Source of the DNA: a virus
Taxonomy: Duplodnaviria > Heunggongvirae > Uroviricota > Caudoviricetes
Direction: 5' to 3' (one strand)
DNA: 37,557 bases
Virus record (IMG/VR): IMGVR_UViG_2588253749_000008
A program made the translations under genes and the position numbers. Positions 1 to 8,476 of the stretch are shown in pieces; within the stretch, counting starts at the first letter, position 1; each line of letters begins with the position of its first letter. The notes beneath the pieces were generated by a model. That model made no database searches, was not told where the DNA came from, and saw only the letters and a program-made list of their open reading frames with translations.

Positions 1-996
1 CTAACGAACCAGCCAGACCAGCATCAGGATAATCGCGACTAACAGTATCCACAGCGCGGGACGCGTTGCCATATTTTGCAACGTGTCCATCATCGGTGGA
101 AAAGGATTAAGCAGCGGTTGCATATCACGCGGATCAATCCCTTTAACCCGCCGTTGATAAAGCTGATTAAGAATATCCTCGGCCTGGGCAGAAGAAAGCG
201 ATGATTGCGCAGAAAGGCCATATTTTTGCTGGATATATGCCGATAACGCCGCCAGTTCACTGGCATCTAAAGGTTGTTTTAGCGCCATCTGTAGTGATTC
301 CAGCGTCGGCGTATTTTGCTGGCTTAACGTCTGGCGCGCCTGCAACCAGGTCACCAGATGGTTAAACAGTTTCGCTGGAATTAACTCGCCATCTTTCACC
401 CCGGAAAGTTCCAGCATCGATTGCCAGATCTGTTTGCTGGGTTCCCCCGTTGCCGCCGCAAGTTTGGTCACCAGCTGTTTTAGCGCATTGTGCTCCGCCG
501 GTAATAAAGGACGGTCGGTCGCCTCGCGCTGCTGTGGTTGCGGAATAACCATCTTCCCTTCCTGCAACAGGGTGAGAATGGTTTTTAATTGCTCCGGTGA
601 GAGCTGATTCAGCGGCGTCTGACCAAAGTTATGACGGATATAATCCGTGACCGCCTGACGATTATTCCCCAGACGTAAATACTCCCCTAATTGCGCTAAA
701 AGCTGGCGGGCAGAATGGCTTTTTTGCGCGGCCAGCAGACGTTGCGCCAGATTATGCTCAGCGGCAGGGAAGTGACGCGAAAGCAGCGGTGAATCTCCCG
801 ACAGACCAATATCGTGCCTGATACCCGCCCACAGTTCTGCTCTTTGTTGTTGCGTCAGTGAGGTCACTTTCGTCATTAAGCTTTCCAGCGAAGTACGTTG
901 CTGACTGGATAAAGGCTGATTGCCCGCGCCAGACGGCAGGTTATCTCCCTGACCTGGTGGTTGCCCAGGAGGAGGGCCGGAAATAGGTTGTATCAT
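1..996 (-). CDS. flk: Flk-like flagellar regulator, C-terminally membrane-anchored
   Basis: 331-aa ORF with Pro/Gln-rich N-terminus and a single C-terminal hydrophobic segment (ALWILLVAIILMLVWLV); size and architecture match what I recall of E. coli Flk. Identity from memory, not verified. Confidence 0.45.
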   Translation of the reverse strand: MIQPISGPPPGQPPGQGDNLPSGAGNQPLSSQQRTSLESLMTKVTSLTQQQRAELWAGIRHDIGLSGDSPLLSRHFPAAEHNLAQRLLAAQKSHSARQLLAQLGEYLRLGNNRQAVTDYIRHNFGQTPLNQLSPEQLKTILTLLQEGKMVIPQPQQREATDRPLLPAEHNALKQLVTKLAAATGEPSKQIWQSMLELSGVKDGELIPAKLFNHLVTWLQARQTLSQQNTPTLESLQMALKQPLDASELAALSAYIQQKYGLSAQSSLSSAQAEDILNQLYQRRVKGIDPRDMQPLLNPFPPMMDTLQNMATRPALWILLVAIILMLVWLVR

Positions 997-1055
997 TACG
1001 TATCCTTATACCTGAAATCTTCGCAAGTATGCCTGGCCGCGAGATTATGGCACAC

Positions 1056-1064
1056 TTGTCCGGT
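1056..1064. repeat. IS1 target-site duplication, left copy (TTGTCCGGT)
   Basis: Identical 9-mer directly abuts both IS1 ends. Confidence 0.85.
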
Positions 1065-1119
1065 GGTGATGCTGCCAACTTACTGATTTAGTGTATGATG
1101 GTGTTTTTGAGGTGCTCCA

Positions 1120-1395
1120 GTGGCTTCTGTTTCTATCAGCTGTCCCTCCTGTTCAGCTACTGACGGGGTGGTGCGTAACGGCAAAAGCACCGCCGGACAT
1201 CAGCGCTATCTCTGCTCTCACTGCCGTAAAACATGGCAACTGCAGTTCACTTACACCGCTTCTCAACCCGGTACGCACCAGAAAATCATTGATATGGCCA
1301 TGAATGGCGTTGGATGCCGGGCAACTGCCCGCATTATGGGCGTTGGCCTCAACACGATTTTACGTCACTTAAAAAACTCAGGCCGCAGTCGGTAA
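1120..1395 (+). CDS. insA: IS1 InsA
   Basis: 91-aa product [39 protein letters not shown]..., GTG start. Confidence 0.9.
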
Positions 1396-1817
1396 CCTCG
1401 CGCATACAGCCGGGCAGTGACGTCATCGTCTGCGCGGAAATGGACGAACAGTGGGGCTATGTCGGGGCTAAATCGCGCCAGCGCTGGCTGTTTTACGCGT
1501 ATGACAGGCTCCGGAAGACGGTTGTTGCGCACGTATTCGGTGAACGCACGATGGCGACGCTGGGGCGTCTTATGAGCCTGCTGTCACCCTTTGACGTGGT
1601 GATATGGATGACGGATGGCTGGCCGCTGTATGAATCCCGCCTGAAGGGAAAGCTGCACGTAATCAGCAAGCGATATACGCAGCGAATTGAGCGGCATAAC
1701 CTGAATCTGAGGCAGCACCTGGCACGGCTGGGACGGAAGTCGCTGTCGTTCTCAAAATCGGTGGAGCTGCATGACAAAGTCATCGGGCATTATCTGAACA
1801 TAAAACACTATCAATAA
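1314..1817 (+). CDS. insB: IS1 InsB reading frame (transposase made as InsAB' fusion by -1 frameshift)
   Basis: 167-aa ORF overlapping insA in the -1 frame, canonical IS1 arrangement. Confidence 0.9.
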
Positions 1818-1832
1818 GTTGGAGTCATTACC

Positions 1833-1841
1833 TTGTCCGGT
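1833..1841. repeat. IS1 target-site duplication, right copy (TTGTCCGGT)
   Basis: Identical to 1056-1064. Confidence 0.85.
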
Positions 1842-1970
1842 TAACTCTCGTCTCATACAGGTAACACAAACGTGAAAATCCTTGTTGATGAAAAAAATGA
1901 TGATTTAATTTATTGATATAAAAGGATTTATATCAGCACGTGTCCACGTAGTGACCACATTTTCGAGTTA

Positions 1971-2012
1971 CAGATAACACAAAGCCCGTTTTCACGGGCT
2001 TTGTGTTATCTG
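1971..2012. repeat. Perfect 19-bp-stem palindrome (CAGATAACACAAAGCCCGT tttc ACGGGCTTTGTGTTATCTG)
   Basis: Exact inverted repeat read from sequence, just downstream of the 2040-2933 gene; no clear U-tract on either strand, so terminator versus protein-binding site is undecided. Confidence 0.5.
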
Positions 2013-2039
2013 GATTGTGGCTAAGCCACATGATTTATG

Positions 2040-2933
2040 CTATTTCCAGTTACAAGCAGCTTGAAGTGGTTTTAGCGCGTTTGACAGGCCGTTTAAATTG
2101 AAAGTTGCACTTACAGGGCTCTCATTATAAGGAGTTATTTTTGTATACATTTTGTTTGAGTTGGCTAGTTTTCGGATGAAATCAATGTCATTACCTTTAT
2201 AAAAAACAGCCTTTGTATCTGTAGATACTAGCCAGTTTCGCTCAACTGCTTTCTGTTTATCAAGACGATAAAGCATGCTGGTTTGTTCAAGGCCTAAATA
2301 TACATCCCAACTAAGAAATACTTCGGTTTTCTTTTCTCGGCAAGCTATAAACAGAGTGGGAGTAACCGCTTCTCCAAATGGAGTTCTGATATAATCATCA
2401 CTTTCTAACGATAAAATTACATTTTTCGAATCATCAATTGGCGATGTAGTAATGGATGTGTGCCATTTTCCTACATCTGTGGCTTTCTCTAATTTTGATT
2501 CAGCTTGAACAGCTTTATCCTGTGGGAATAGTTTATCGTAGCAGTTTAGTCTGGCTTCTTTATCATTTTCTGCTCGGCATTTAGATATCTCAGAAAGATT
2601 TGGTTGCTGAGCCTCTGTTGTTACTGGCTTTTCCGTTTTAGATTTTGAGTTTACAGATGGAGTAAATGTTGGAGAAAAAAAACGATCATAACAAGATAAA
2701 CGTCTGTCATCATCTTTCTCATCAGGGCATTGATCTCTGCTTTCGAATTTTTCAGCAACTTTCGTTCGAGTCGGTTGTATTGACTTATCGTAACAAGAAA
2801 GTCTGTCTTTATTATTTTCTATTGCTCGGCACTGGAGTACTGCATTGAAGTTATTATGTTCAGTTGCTGCGTGAACAGGCAGTACACTAATTGATATAAA
2901 TGATGCACCTATAGAAAAAATTATATTTTTCAT
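2040..2933 (-). CDS. Secreted/periplasmic protein with three Cys-x8-9-RL(S/N)CYD(K/R) repeats and a ~150-aa C-terminal domain of unknown function
   Basis: 297-aa ORF; N-terminal signal-peptide-like segment MKNIIFSIGASFISISVLPVHA; three spaced two-Cys repeats; visibly GC-poor. Confidence 0.6.
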   Translation of the reverse strand: MKNIIFSIGASFISISVLPVHAATEHNNFNAVLQCRAIENNKDRLSCYDKSIQPTRTKVAEKFESRDQCPDEKDDDRRLSCYDRFFSPTFTPSVNSKSKTEKPVTTEAQQPNLSEISKCRAENDKEARLNCYDKLFPQDKAVQAESKLEKATDVGKWHTSITTSPIDDSKNVILSLESDDYIRTPFGEAVTPTLFIACREKKTEVFLSWDVYLGLEQTSMLYRLDKQKAVERNWLVSTDTKAVFYKGNDIDFIRKLANSNKMYTKITPYNESPVSATFNLNGLSNALKPLQAACNWK

Positions 2934-2937
2934 TTTG

Positions 2938-3270
2938 TTATCCTTTTGGTTTAGTAAGAAATACTAAAATTCCGATAATGATATCGCCAATAACCCATAA
3001 ACTTCCAATGGTAATTAAACCTAAGCCTGTACCAATAACTGCACCGGCTTTTTCGGCATCGGATGTAGCATTATTTATTATTTCACTAGTGCCTCCCAGT
3101 CCAACTAAAAGCGTATAGATCATAAAAATATTAAATAATATAAATATCCACTTAATGAGCTTTCCAAAAAATGAACGCTTAAGTTTTTTTATTTGTTTAC
3201 CGCAAGCAGGGCAATACAATGCTGAATCGCTCACCTCTTTCTGGCATTCAGGACATTTGATTAATGCCAT
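2938..3270 (-). CDS. Zinc-ribbon membrane protein (N-terminal CPxC...CPxC, two predicted TM helices)
   Basis: 110-aa ORF MALIKCPECQK...CPACGKQ followed by two hydrophobic stretches; GGAGG RBS; stop lies 5 nt before the start of 2040-2933 (operon). Confidence 0.6.
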   Translation of the reverse strand: MALIKCPECQKEVSDSALYCPACGKQIKKLKRSFFGKLIKWIFILFNIFMIYTLLVGLGGTSEIINNATSDAEKAGAVIGTGLGLITIGSLWVIGDIIIGILVFLTKPKG

Positions 3271-3531
3271 GTAATCCGCCTCCTTTGGATCAATACGAGT
3301 TGATATTTGTTACAAAACATTTTGATTTTATCAGATTTTTTTTTATTGATAAGTGTCAATTGATTAGCTGGTATAGAGTGAGACATATAGAAGGGCAGAT
3401 CTGTATCAGTAGTGATGCAAAAATCCCACAGTTTCATGGAATTTTTGCATTTAGAGCCGTGAGATAGGGTGCCTTATCGACCTTACCCTGGCAACCGATT
3501 GACGGGGGATTACTCCCCCGTCGCGGTTTCC

Positions 3532-3672
3532 TTACTGCTTACACTGTAAGAACGCCGCAAACTCCGCTCCCCAGAAACTCATCCGTATTTCGCACAGCGA
3601 ACCGTGCAACATCCAGATGATGAGGATTACCGTCACGCAGAACGTGATGGCTGTAAGCGATTTTTGCGACAT
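3532..3672 (-). CDS. Hok/Gef-family type I toxin (small membrane peptide)
   Basis: 46-aa ORF not in the supplied track: MSQKSLTAITFCVTVILIIWMLHGSLCEIRMSFWGAEFAAFLQCKQ; shares the SLCEIR and E-x-AAF motifs of Hok/HokA-type toxins; stable 3' stem-loop GACGGGGGAttacTCCCCCGTC at 3501-3522. Confidence 0.65.
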   Translation of the reverse strand: MSQKSLTAITFCVTVILIIWMLHGSLCEIRMSFWGAEFAAFLQCKQ

Positions 3673-3862
3673 AGCACTTGCTCCTTTTCCGGAGAGGCGC
3701 TAACCTTTCACTTGCTTAGGGTAGACGGTTAGGGCCTCGGTTAAACAAAAGTGTTTTCCGGGGCCTTTCCACATCTGGCCTTCGGGTATTCCCTCCGACC
3801 ATCAGCCGAAAGGCACCCGCGCGTAATCTATCGCTTTTTTGTTACTCCGGCAATTCTGCTTG

Positions 3863-4123
3863 TTAATTCTGAGGTAAAGGCAAACTCATCTGATTGTTTC
3901 CCCTGTGTGAAGCTGGTAGCTCATGCCACGGGATACCTTCTGAAGAGTGAACGCCGGAGGCGTGTTTCGATGTGAATTTATGGAAAGCTTCCAGTGTTGA
4001 GAAGCATACGCCGCATTCCAGATTGTTACACTGGTAATACTTTTGCCGCACGGTGTTTGAATCATTTTCCGGACGACTTGTGCGGATACGGGCAGATGCG
4101 CCACAAAGCGGACAACGGAACAT
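3863..4123 (-). CDS. ogr: Ogr/Delta-type zinc-finger late-gene activator
   Basis: MFRCPLCGASARIRTSR...YYQCNNLECGVCF matches the Ogr CPLC...QC..C zinc finger; ORF is 86 aa versus about 72 aa for P2 Ogr. Confidence 0.8.
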   Translation of the reverse strand: MFRCPLCGASARIRTSRPENDSNTVRQKYYQCNNLECGVCFSTLEAFHKFTSKHASGVHSSEGIPWHELPASHRGNNQMSLPLPQN

Positions 4124-4314
4124 AGCGACCTCCCTTAACGTGGTGTTGCCGCTATTCTAGATTGTACGATCCCTAATTCCAACTAACAGCTCGCTCTGTG
4201 CGAAGAGTGAAAATTGAACTTTCAATAGTTGTTGAACTTCCATACATCCAATGTGAAAATTCATACGTTCATAATAGTTAAAATTTAAAATATTGTATAT
4301 CAGGTGAATAAAGC

Positions 4315-5337
4315 ATGGGAAGAGATATAACGCTGTACCCTAAAAAAGCAACTAGAAACGAACTTAAAAATTACCTTGAAAATTTAGGTTTTAAAAGGTG
4401 TAAACATTTGTGGGAATGGCCCCAAGGAACGTTGAATTACTCTTGGTTTGATGATACGGACTTCAAATCTACAGATGGAGTTTCGGCTGATATATATCCT
4501 GTTTCAAATGACGAATTACACATATCTGGTAATAAATGGGCATTGCATGTGCGTAATTTATATAGCGCTAGTTGGCATGATGTAAAAATGCTTAATGATG
4601 TTCTAAAAGGCGCAAGGAGTCTTTTTGGTGGAACACTTATAGGTGATTATGGGAAAAATAGGTACGCTCCTCTATGGAAGGATTCTAGTAGTCCGATCAG
4701 TCGTGGCATTTCTTCAATATTTAATCATGTCCATCATGAGATTTCCGCTGTTAAACATGCCTTACCTGAACCTTCTATTAAATTAAACCTACCGGAAGAT
4801 GGCGGCTTATCCGAATACTTTGATTACATGCAATGTATGGATCCCAGTAGAGTTATATATAATGGATTAGTACCTTTTGCGGTTGCTATGTTTGAATACT
4901 TTTTCTCTAGAGCTTTTCAAATACTTATAAAGTACGATCCTTTCGCAATAGCAAAAAGAACATCGTATAAGCAAAAAGTTGATTTTGATATTCTGCTTGA
5001 GATAGAGAAAGGAAATATTTCAATAGAAAGTGTTATTGCAAGAAATTACACTTTTCAAAACTTAACCCACCTAAACAAAGCATATAAAGAGTGGCTGGAT
5101 ATAGATGTGAGAGCGATTCTTTATAAGAAAAAAAGAATTGGAAAATCAGTTGATTTTCTTGAGAATCGAATTTCTGAAATCATACAATATAGACATGGGA
5201 TAGTTCATCACTTTGAGTTGGATAGGACCTTAAATCGGGATGGATATATTCATATATTAGATGCGATAGAAAAAAGCATAATTGAATTTATCCATTACAT
5301 AGAAGGCAAATACAAATTTAAATTAAATGCGTATTAA
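4315..5337 (+). CDS. Orphan GC-poor cargo gene, 340 aa; C-terminal alpha-helical region with an R-x4-H (YRHGIVHH) HEPN-like motif; candidate defence/abortive-infection protein
   Basis: Intact ORF opposite in orientation to flanking ogr and D; AGGTGA RBS; visibly AT-rich against the prophage backbone; followed by a hairpin at 5366-5389. HEPN assignment is motif-level inference only. Confidence 0.55.
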   Translation: MGRDITLYPKKATRNELKNYLENLGFKRCKHLWEWPQGTLNYSWFDDTDFKSTDGVSADIYPVSNDELHISGNKWALHVRNLYSASWHDVKMLNDVLKGARSLFGGTLIGDYGKNRYAPLWKDSSSPISRGISSIFNHVHHEISAVKHALPEPSIKLNLPEDGGLSEYFDYMQCMDPSRVIYNGLVPFAVAMFEYFFSRAFQILIKYDPFAIAKRTSYKQKVDFDILLEIEKGNISIESVIARNYTFQNLTHLNKAYKEWLDIDVRAILYKKKRIGKSVDFLENRISEIIQYRHGIVHHFELDRTLNRDGYIHILDAIEKSIIEFIHYIEGKYKFKLNAY

Positions 5338-5365
5338 GCAATCAACCTTACATAGGGATGACAAA

Positions 5366-5402
5366 GTCCGCTTCTGACACGGAGCGGACCGTCGTTTATG
5401 TT
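5366..5402 (+). terminator. Putative terminator of the cargo gene (GTCCGCT...AGCGGAC hairpin)
   Basis: Inverted repeat then a weak T-rich tract (CGTCGTTTATGTTT). Confidence 0.4.
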
Positions 5403-5457
5403 TAATTCTATACTGTAAACTTGCCAGTTTAAGTTTGAGCTAATATGTCTAAGTTGC

Positions 5458-6568
5458 TCACTCTGTTTCTGCTATCCATTCCGGGATTTTTGCCTCAAGC
5501 TCAAGCTGTGTGGTAAAGCCGCTGTTATCAATGGTGTGCTCGGCTTTCGCAATAATCCAGTCCTGATTATCAATCTCGCTTTTAAATCCTGTTACCGTGC
5601 CATGCATTTCGGGGTAGAGTTTCTGCACGTCCACGCACCAGCGTGATGGAAAACGATGCGGCTCCGCGTTGTAGCTGCTGCCACTTTGCCGCCGCTGCGC
5701 GTCTTGCTGCCTGCTCGTTCTGATAAGTCTTGCGTAACACAAACACATTGCCTTCCGCGCCTTCCATATAATCACCTTCACGGCTGCTGCTTTTCTCCTT
5801 TTTGGGTTTTGGCGGTTTGCGGCGTTTCACGCTGACTTTTTTCTTTTTCCCGTAATTAAGATCAAGCCAGTAAGCGCGTACCCCCGTATACGCCTCGCGG
5901 TCAGCAATGCGGAACTGATGGCGATCGCCGCTGCTGCGTGTGATGGCGAACGATGGCAACGGCTGGCCCTGTGCGTTTACGCCACCGCCGGGCATGATGA
6001 ATAACAGATTACCGCTTTTTACCGTGGTGATTGCGCCCAGCATTTCCGCCATGCGCGTAAGGAAGGACATGTCGCTTTCTTCAGTCTGGTCGGCGTGGTC
6101 GATTTCGATATCCATCAGCATTTCGCTGATTTGCGGTTTCAGGCCGTACCGATGAGCGATGGCGGATACCACACGTTCAACGGTCACATCATGCCAGGAC
6201 GCCTCACGTTTAACATTAAATTCATCCCGAAAATCTGCGCTTCTGGCTGAAACAGTCAGCCTGTCCGGCGGTCCTTCGTGAGCGATTTCATCAACAATGT
6301 AAGTGCCTTTTTCTGTCAGCGGTTCCCCTTTCCAGCCAATGAGAACCGTCAGACGCGCGCCCCGTGGCGGTAGCTGCAACTGGCCATCGGCATCATCCAG
6401 CGTGATGGTGAGCTGGTCCGCCTCAAATCCCCGGTTGTCGGTCAGTGACAGGCTCATCAGGCGTTCTGCCACGCCGGACAGCGTTTTACCCTCGGCGAGA
6501 ATATCAAAATCCGGCATTTTCACGGGGTCTGTGCCCTGACTGAGCAATTGCATGGTGGTGTCGGTCAT
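5458..6568 (-). pseudogene. D: P2 gpD-like tail protein, interrupted by an apparent +1-nt frameshift near 5625-5640
   Basis: N-terminal 329 codons in one frame (ORF 5582-6700, start reassigned to ATG at 6568 with GGGAGGGAG RBS); conserved C-terminal 45 residues (HGTVTGFKSEID...GFTTQLELEAK) in the overlapping ORF 5458-5781; junction at GCAGAAACTCTACCCCGAAATG. Confidence 0.7.
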
Positions 6569-6621
6569 CTGCTCCCTCCCTGTGTGGCATGGTCGCATGT
6601 GCGTGCGGAGGGGGTTACTGC

Positions 6622-6656
6622 TTTTTGTTGTCGCCGTGGCGGGAGAATGGCGCAGG
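6622..6656 (+). promoter_or_regulatory. Candidate Ogr-dependent late promoter upstream of FI
   Basis: CTTTTTGTTGT-N12-AGAA...CAGGGG, the same motif pattern as upstream of P at 24258-24292; resembles the P2 late-promoter TGT-N12-ACA element (from memory). Confidence 0.3.
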
Positions 6657-6725
6657 GGTGAGATTACGCGCGTGGTGGGTGATGATTGTTGCCGAATCAT
6701 TTAACGGATACAAGGGGCTGAAGCT

Positions 6726-7910
6726 ATGAGTGAAACTCGTTTTCATGGTGCCCGTGTTACGGAAAATACCGACCTGGTAACAGCGATTAACGATGTTGAT
6801 TCCAGCGTTATCGGTATCGTGGCAACGGCGGATGATGCGGACGCGAAGCTGTTCCCGCTGAACAAGCCCACACTGCTGACCCGCGTCAATGACGTGCTGG
6901 GAAAATGCGGGACAACGGGGACGCTTTATCGTGCGCTTAAGGCCATCGCAGACCAGGTGAGCACAAAGGTGATCGTCGTTCGCGTGGCTGAACACAAAGA
7001 AGAAGACGGAAAGACGCAGGATCAACTGGTTATCGGTGGTTCTGAGGATGACGGCAGCTATACGGGGATGTATGCGCTGCTTGTTGCAGAGCAGGATGAA
7101 AGCATCGGATACCGTCCGCGTATTCTGGCCGCGCCGGAGCTGGACACGGAGGCTGTAACAAAATCCCTGTGCGTGATTGCAGGTAAACTGCGCGCGTTTG
7201 TGTATGCCTCATGTCACGGCTGTAACACGATGGCTGAGGCGATTACCTACCGCCAGAAATTCAACGAACGTGAGGTGATGCTCTTATGGCCGGACTTCAT
7301 CGCCTACAACCCGAAAAGTGGCAAAAACGAAACGTTCCCCGCGCCTGCCTATGCGTGCGGCCTTCGTGCGTACATTGACCATGAGCAGGGATGGCACAAA
7401 TCACTGTCCAACGTTCCGGTTAAAAATGTGCTGGGGATGTCGAGGCATGTGTTCTGGTCGTTACAGGCCGAAGACAGTGATGCCAACAGCCTCAACAACA
7501 AAGAAATCACGACCATTATTCGTCGCAACGGGTTCCGCTTCTGGGGCAACCGCACACCGGAAACGAACGCCTACATCTTTGAGGTGTATACCCGAACCGC
7601 ACAGGTGCTGGCTGATTCAATTGCGGAAGCGCAGTTTGAAACCATCGACAGTCCACTGACGCCTGCGAACGTGAAGGATGTTATCAGTGCCATCAGGGCA
7701 AAACTGGATTCACTGGTTACTGCCGGGAAACTGATTGGCGCGGAGTGCTGGTATGACGTGGTGGATAACAGCACCACGGATTTACGTCAGGGGCGTGTGC
7801 GTATTCGCTACAAATATACGCCCGTTCCGCCACTGGAAGACATGGAGCTTTACCAGACGTTTACTGATGAATACTTTGAACCCGCATTTGCGGTTCTGGG
7901 AGGTGCCTGA
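6726..7910 (+). CDS. FI: Tail sheath protein (gpFI)
   Basis: 394 aa; long blocks match P2 FI as recalled (LNKP, RAF.Y...GC.T, WPDF, DQEQGWHK.LSNV, IRR.GFRFWGNRT, YTRTAQV, YTPVPPLE). Confidence 0.9.
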   Translation: MSETRFHGARVTENTDLVTAINDVDSSVIGIVATADDADAKLFPLNKPTLLTRVNDVLGKCGTTGTLYRALKAIADQVSTKVIVVRVAEHKEEDGKTQDQLVIGGSEDDGSYTGMYALLVAEQDESIGYRPRILAAPELDTEAVTKSLCVIAGKLRAFVYASCHGCNTMAEAITYRQKFNEREVMLLWPDFIAYNPKSGKNETFPAPAYACGLRAYIDHEQGWHKSLSNVPVKNVLGMSRHVFWSLQAEDSDANSLNNKEITTIIRRNGFRFWGNRTPETNAYIFEVYTRTAQVLADSIAEAQFETIDSPLTPANVKDVISAIRAKLDSLVTAGKLIGAECWYDVVDNSTTDLRQGRVRIRYKYTPVPPLEDMELYQTFTDEYFEPAFAVLGGA

Positions 7911-8422
7911 TGGCTGTGCCAAAACATCTTCGCTTTTTTACGCTGTTTGTGGATGGTGAAAACGAAGTGGGTAAGGTGACGTCCGTCACTCTGCCCAAAC
8001 TGACGCGCAAAACCGACAGCTACCGGGGTGGTGGCATGATGGGGGCGGTAAGTATTGATCTCGGTCTGGACGACTCTGCGCTTGATGCGAGCTTTGTCAT
8101 GGGGGGCGCAGTTCGTGCGCTGTTCCTTAAGTATGGCGGCACGATTGACGGCACGCTGCTGCGTTTTGCGGGTGAATACTACACCGATGCAGAAAGCGAC
8201 CTGTATGAAGTCGAAATGCGCGGACGTGTGACGGAAATTGATATGGGGGAAGCCAAACAGGGCGAAGCCACATCACACACTTACGCCATTAAAAACACCT
8301 ACTACAAGCTGAGTGTTAACGATCGCCCGTTGTGGGAGATTGACCTGCTGAACTTCATTTACCGGAAGGACGGCAAGGACATTGTGTCCGATCGCATCCG
8401 TTCCGCGCTTGGGCTTGGCTGA
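7910..8422 (+). CDS. FII: Tail tube protein (gpFII)
   Basis: 170 aa, immediately after FI; size and position match P2 FII. Confidence 0.85.
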   Translation: MAVPKHLRFFTLFVDGENEVGKVTSVTLPKLTRKTDSYRGGGMMGAVSIDLGLDDSALDASFVMGGAVRALFLKYGGTIDGTLLRFAGEYYTDAESDLYEVEMRGRVTEIDMGEAKQGEATSHTYAIKNTYYKLSVNDRPLWEIDLLNFIYRKDGKDIVSDRIRSALGLG

Positions 8423-8476
8423 TAAGTAATATGCAGGCGGCGCAGTGCGTCGCCTCTGACTGAAAGGAGTTTCCTG

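Larger units (their letters stand above)
1065..1832 (+). mobile_element. IS1 insertion sequence, 768 bp, intact
   Basis: Starts GGTGATGCTGCCAACTTACTGAT and ends ...CAATAAGTTGGAGTCATTACC (IS1 terminal inverted repeats); encodes InsA and InsB. Confidence 0.95.

Noticed and set aside
3271-3862. tRNA gene or recognisable P2 attR core at the prophage end
   Set aside because: No cloverleaf-like sequence and no match to the P2 27-bp core as I recall it; attL is outside the window so the core cannot be derived by comparison.
5458-5781. 107-aa ORF as an independent gene
   Set aside because: Only its last ~45 residues make sense, and they are the conserved C-terminus of gpD displaced by the frameshift.
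6569-6700. N-terminal extension of the D ORF (MIRQQSS...)
   Set aside because: No similarity to gpD; an ATG with strong GGGAGGGAG RBS at 6568 gives the expected N-terminus, so the extension is an upstream in-frame run.
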